A stretch of DNA of 64,000 bases, taken from assembly GCA_026914245.1 (NCBI GenBank), contig CP110439.1, forward strand, positions 5,084,001 to 5,148,000, in the 5' to 3' direction. Below are positions 62,061 to 64,000 of the stretch, in pieces. Source of the stretch: Puccinia triticina. Lineage: Eukaryota. How positions within the stretch are numbered: position 1 is the first letter of the stretch; the number at the start of each line of letters is the position of its first letter. The notes below the pieces were generated by a model. That model was not told the origin of the DNA, made no database searches, and was given only the letters and a program-made list of their open reading frames with translations. The position numbers and the translations under genes are program-made.

Positions 62061-63038
62061 TCCCGCGCTCCTCCCAATTCCTGGTGGCCACTGGCCACCT
62101 CTTCCTTGCCTCAAGTGCTGGTGCATCCCGACAGGACCCAGGAAAGCCCCTATGGAACACAGTAACCAAAATGTATGATTTTTTTGTCAAAAATCAAAAA
62201 ACCTACACACCCCAGATGTATGAATGGTCATTTTGGCCGGTAAAGGTACTCACCTCAATTGTATGAATTTTTTCTGAGGGCAAGGGGGGTAGTAACCAAA
62301 AATGTATGAGAATCAGGGGCTCAAGCTAAGGTTGAAAGCCTTGTCTGTAATGATTTTTCAGTCTGAATCAAGTCTACAGTTCTAGGCTGGAGCGGTGCCA
62401 CACTCATGACCTACCCTCCGGCTGCGGCTCCAGTACCACCGCCACAAGTATATACAAAGTATATCAATCCACCACCCCCTGCGCCACCCAATCCATCCAC
62501 AGGTTGCATCCCACTTTCTGCCCTTCTTATTAACCCTGCCCAAGTGACCCCATTCCCCCCCCCCCCCCCCCCCCCCCCTCAACAGTTACAGCAGTCTGGT
62601 TCCCAGTTTTTTTCCTTTCTTGCCCCCCCTCTCCACCCCCCCCCCTGGCAGCAGCATCAATGCTGCCCAAAAAAACGTAGGCACAAAATTTGTATGAATT
62701 TTTAGACCAAGCTCTGAACCTACACACAAAACATGTATGAATGAGCTCCAAAAATGTATGAATTATTCAAAAATATGGAAATTTAGGTTACTGTGTTCCA
62801 TAGGGGCTTTACTGGGTCCTATCCCAATTATTACCATGACACACTCCCCACCTCGTCTCAAAAACTCCATGAGTATGTGGCTAAACCAAACATCACTTCA
62901 TTTGCTTCTAACAACCATTGCCAACATACAAGCCGTTCTTCCGTACTCCCTCATGTCCCAAGCAAACTTTGCTGCAACTGTAGCCATTACCAAGTTTGAC
63001 CCCTACACGTCCATGTGAACCAAGAATTTTCTAAACTC

Positions 63039-63450
63039 GTCAGCCACAGCTTCATCCAACCATGCCCCTGCCTGCCCGTGCACCACACCATCCTCGCCCC
63101 AACTAACTCGTGCCAATTGGGGTTTGGATGAAGTATTGGCTTCACATTGCAATGCGCCGCATAGAATCCTTAGCTGGCGCTGTTGTTGGCTGCGCTTCTC
63201 GCCAAGCTGAGCCAGGCAAACAGGTGGACCCTGCCCCACCCGCTCCATGAAATTCTTGTCAGCCACAGCGTCATCCGACCAGGCCCCTGCCCGCCCGTGC
63301 GCCACACCATCCTTGCCCTGACTAACTTGTGCCAATTGGGGTTTGGATGAAGTATTGGCTTCACATTGCCATGCGCCGCGTAGAATCCTTAGCTGGCGCT
63401 GTTGTTGCCTACTCTGCTCGCCAAGCTGAGCCAGGCAAACAGGTGGACCC
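63039..63450 (+). repeat. Tandem duplication, 219-bp period
   Basis: GTCAGCCACAGC...GGTGGACCC starts at 63039 and again at 63258. Confidence 0.9.
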
Positions 63451-64000
63451 AGCCTGCTCCACCCACCATGACATTCTCCTCGGCGCCTGCCTTGCCTGAT
63501 CCTCAGCGGCGACAGAAGCACCCAAAAACAAATTGTCTGAAAGAAACAAACGCAGAGCCACTGGCAGTGATGGACCCTAAGAAACCAACCAAGCAAACTC
63601 TGGAATAGATCGGGCGATCGGGCAATCGGGCAAACTCAGTGTTCTTGCGCGCAGAGATAAGAGAGATTTAATATGGGGGACATAGATTTTTACAAAGTGC
63701 CTTTTACAGGGTGCAAGGCCCTGTAAAAGTTGCACAGCGTAAAATTATCAAAACATGGGGGTTATGTGTAGTTTCACAAAGTGCCGGCCCCATTTTCCAC
63801 CTTGCAAAGGGATTCCCTGCAAAAAACACTTTGCATTATGCTACCCTCATTGTTTCAACTACAGTATTACACTACCAAGTTTACGGTGCGGCCAGGTGTA
63901 CTGTTTAAATCTCCAAATTGGAGGTCCCACGTGGAATTTTACTATCATACAGCCAAAATAATCAATAACAGGGCTTGCAAAAATACAGCTTCTGCGGTTT

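Noticed and set aside
62554..62578. Long C/G homopolymers (also near 15367, 31086, 33308, 35833)
   Set aside because: Simple microsatellites with unreliable assembled length; no evidence of function

Overview
Eukaryotic, intron-containing, TE-dense fungal DNA. A rust fungus (Pucciniales, Puccinia-like) is inferred from gene content, TE types and CpG-depleted repeats; this is not confirmed by a search. Recognisable host genes: a large multi-exon secreted-type protein with an internal domain duplication (8081-11306), tRNA-Gly(TCC) with an 8-nt intron, glutaminyl cyclase (M28), pyrroline-5-carboxylate reductase and a Bqt4-like APSES/KilA-N membrane protein. The rest is mostly nested transposons: LTR elements and solo LTRs, a split Copia, MULE, hAT, Tc1/mariner, CACTA and PIF/Harbinger-type MITEs, many with readable TIRs and TSDs. 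The two most striking observations are (1) a 1.9-kb CACTA-like non-autonomous element carrying an apparently intact, spliceable chimeric gene (IAH1/SGNH esterase N-terminal exons fused in frame to SCP2 sterol-carrier C-terminal exons) and (2) a 55 x 28-bp palindromic, spacer-less hairpin array with ordered loop variants plus inverted satellite copies. All family calls come from motif recognition by eye; coordinates were counted manually.
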